This document shows, piece by piece, positions 63,031 through 64,000 of a stretch of 64,000 bases of DNA. The DNA is taken from NCBI GenBank assembly GCA_040752695.1, contig JBFMGO010000009.1:9789-73788 (forward strand). The letters run 5' to 3'. The position numbers and the translations under genes are program-made. The stretch is from a bacterium. GTDB taxonomy: Bacteria; SZUA-182; DTGQ01. Numbering within the stretch: the first letter of the stretch is position 1; every line of letters starts with the position of its first letter. The notes below the pieces were generated by a model. That model was given only the letters and a program-made list of their open reading frames with translations, made no database searches and was not told where the DNA came from.

Positions 63031-64000
63031 TCACCTCCTCTTTTTTTTAAATGGATTTCCGCCAAAGCCAGGGATCATTCCCATTTTCTTCATCTGCCTC
63101 AATGCTCTTTGCATCTGGGTAAACTGCGATAATACCTGGTTGACGTCCTGTACCGAAGTACCACTTCCCCGAGCAATCCTTTTTTTTCTGTTTCCGTTAA
63201 TCAATTCCGAATTGTTCCGCTCTTCCATCGTCATGGAATTGATGATTGCTTCAATTTGAATCAATTTTTTTTCATCTGCCTTAAGATCCGTCTTTTTAGC
63301 AATTTTCTTCGCACCGGGAATCATGCCAATAACCTGCTCCAGGGGTCCCAACTTTCTGATCTGCTTGAGCTGATCACGAAAGTCTTCGAGCGTGAATGCA
63401 TCTCTGGCAATTTTCTTCCGCAGATCTTTGGCCTTTTCCTCAGTATAGGCAGCCTGCGCTTTCTCAATTAAGGAGAGGACATCTCCCATTCCCAGGATCC
63501 GCGAGGCCATTCGATCCGGATGAAACGGCTCGAGTGCTTCGATCTTTTCACCTGTCCCGACATACCGGATCGGCTTTCCGGTGACAGCCCGAATCGACAG
63601 CGCAGCTCCGCCCCGGGCATCACCGTCAATCTTGGTCAGAATGACACTGTCAATCCCAATCTGCTGATCGAAGGATTTGGCAATATTAACCGCATCCTGG
63701 CCAGTCATGGCATCCGCCACAAGAATCGCTTCCTGCGGTGCTACGGTTCTTTTGATCTCCCTGAGCTCCTGCATAAGATCCTCATCGATGTGCAGCCTTC
63801 CCGCCGTGTCCAGAATCATAAAATTATATCCGCCGGAACGGGCGACCTGATGAGCATCCTGGCAAATTTTTACTGCATCCTTCGTCTCCTTGTCGGTATA
63901 TACCGCAATTCCCAGTTGTTGACCGAGGACCGACAATTGCTCTATAGCCGCAGGCCGGTAAGGATCGGCGGCCACAAGAAGAACCCTGCGCTTTTCCTTG
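63031..64000 (-). CDS. ffh: Signal recognition particle protein Ffh (SRP54), C-terminal about 320 codons; 5' end lies beyond the window
   Basis: '[20 protein letters not shown]', '[20 protein letters not shown]', '[14 protein letters not shown]' (G-domain), then an M-domain rich in Met/Arg/Lys. The frame stays open to position 64000. Confidence 0.9.
   Translation of the reverse strand, partial: KEKRRVLLVAADPYRPAAIEQLSVLGQQLGIAVYTDKETKDAVKICQDAHQVARSGGYNFMILDTAGRLHIDEDLMQELREIKRTVAPQEAILVADAMTGQDAVNIAKSFDQQIGIDSVILTKIDGDARGGAALSIRAVTGKPIRYVGTGEKIEALEPFHPDRMASRILGMGDVLSLIEKAQAAYTEEKAKDLRKKIARDAFTLEDFRDQLKQIRKLGPLEQVIGMIPGAKKIAKKTDLKADEKKLIQIEAIINSMTMEERNNSELINGNRKKRIARGSGTSVQDVNQVLSQFTQMQRALRQMKKMGMIPGFGGNPFKKKRR

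Overview
This 64-kb window looks like a bacterial chromosome segment, probably from an anaerobe (deltaproteobacterial/Desulfobacterota-like gene content). Every call below comes from motif and architecture recognition in the translated ORFs and the DNA; I ran no database searches.

Layout, in order:
- 174-4037: a 1287-aa secreted protein carrying beta-helix repeats, Cys/Asp-rich repeats, a cohesin and a tandem dockerin.
- 4.6-6.2 kb: a degenerate IS91-family insertion. Its transposase has a 1-nt frameshift. Next to it lies a possible remnant of a [NiFe]-hydrogenase large-subunit C-terminus.
- 6.3-15.8 kb: a compact same-strand locus that I read as selenium-associated. It encodes LysR, a cysteine desulfurase/selenocysteine lyase-like enzyme, YedF-like, an HgdC-type ATPase, a single-subunit HgdB/double-cubane-like protein, DUF3343-like, DUF1573, SelB and a tRNA-Sec (selC).
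- 15.8-17.4 kb: non-coding, with a (GA)12 microsatellite and a polypurine tract.
- 17.4-20.5 kb: secreted LVIVD-repeat and beta-helix proteins.
- 21.1-29.0 kb: trxB-like gene and the complete F0F1 ATP synthase operon (a, c, b, delta, alpha, gamma, beta, epsilon).
- 30.3-47.5 kb: FdhE-like, a thioredoxin-NHL protein, a Doc toxin remnant, an ECF sigma/anti-sigma module with two CpxP/Spy-like periplasmic proteins, a VWA protein and a cNMP-binding protein. Then a selenocysteine-containing formate dehydrogenase catalytic subunit whose in-frame TGA is followed by a SECIS-like hairpin with a GGUC loop, NuoF- and NuoE-like partners, and a TorD-like chaperone.
- 47.6-50.5 kb: cation/proton antiporter, MoaC, TatD.
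- 50.5-59.5 kb: an outer-membrane beta-barrel-like reading frame fused in-frame, with no stop codon, to a ~2000-aa repeat-rich surface protein; then a second propeller/Ig-like secreted protein.
- 59.9-64.0 kb: the conserved ffh-rpsP-KH-rimM-trmD-rplS cluster with an extra SPOUT-like gene and yraN.

The most interesting item is the selenium locus. An ATP-dependent double-cubane/2-hydroxyacyl-CoA-dehydratase-like reductase pair is embedded between yedF and DUF3343/selB/selC.
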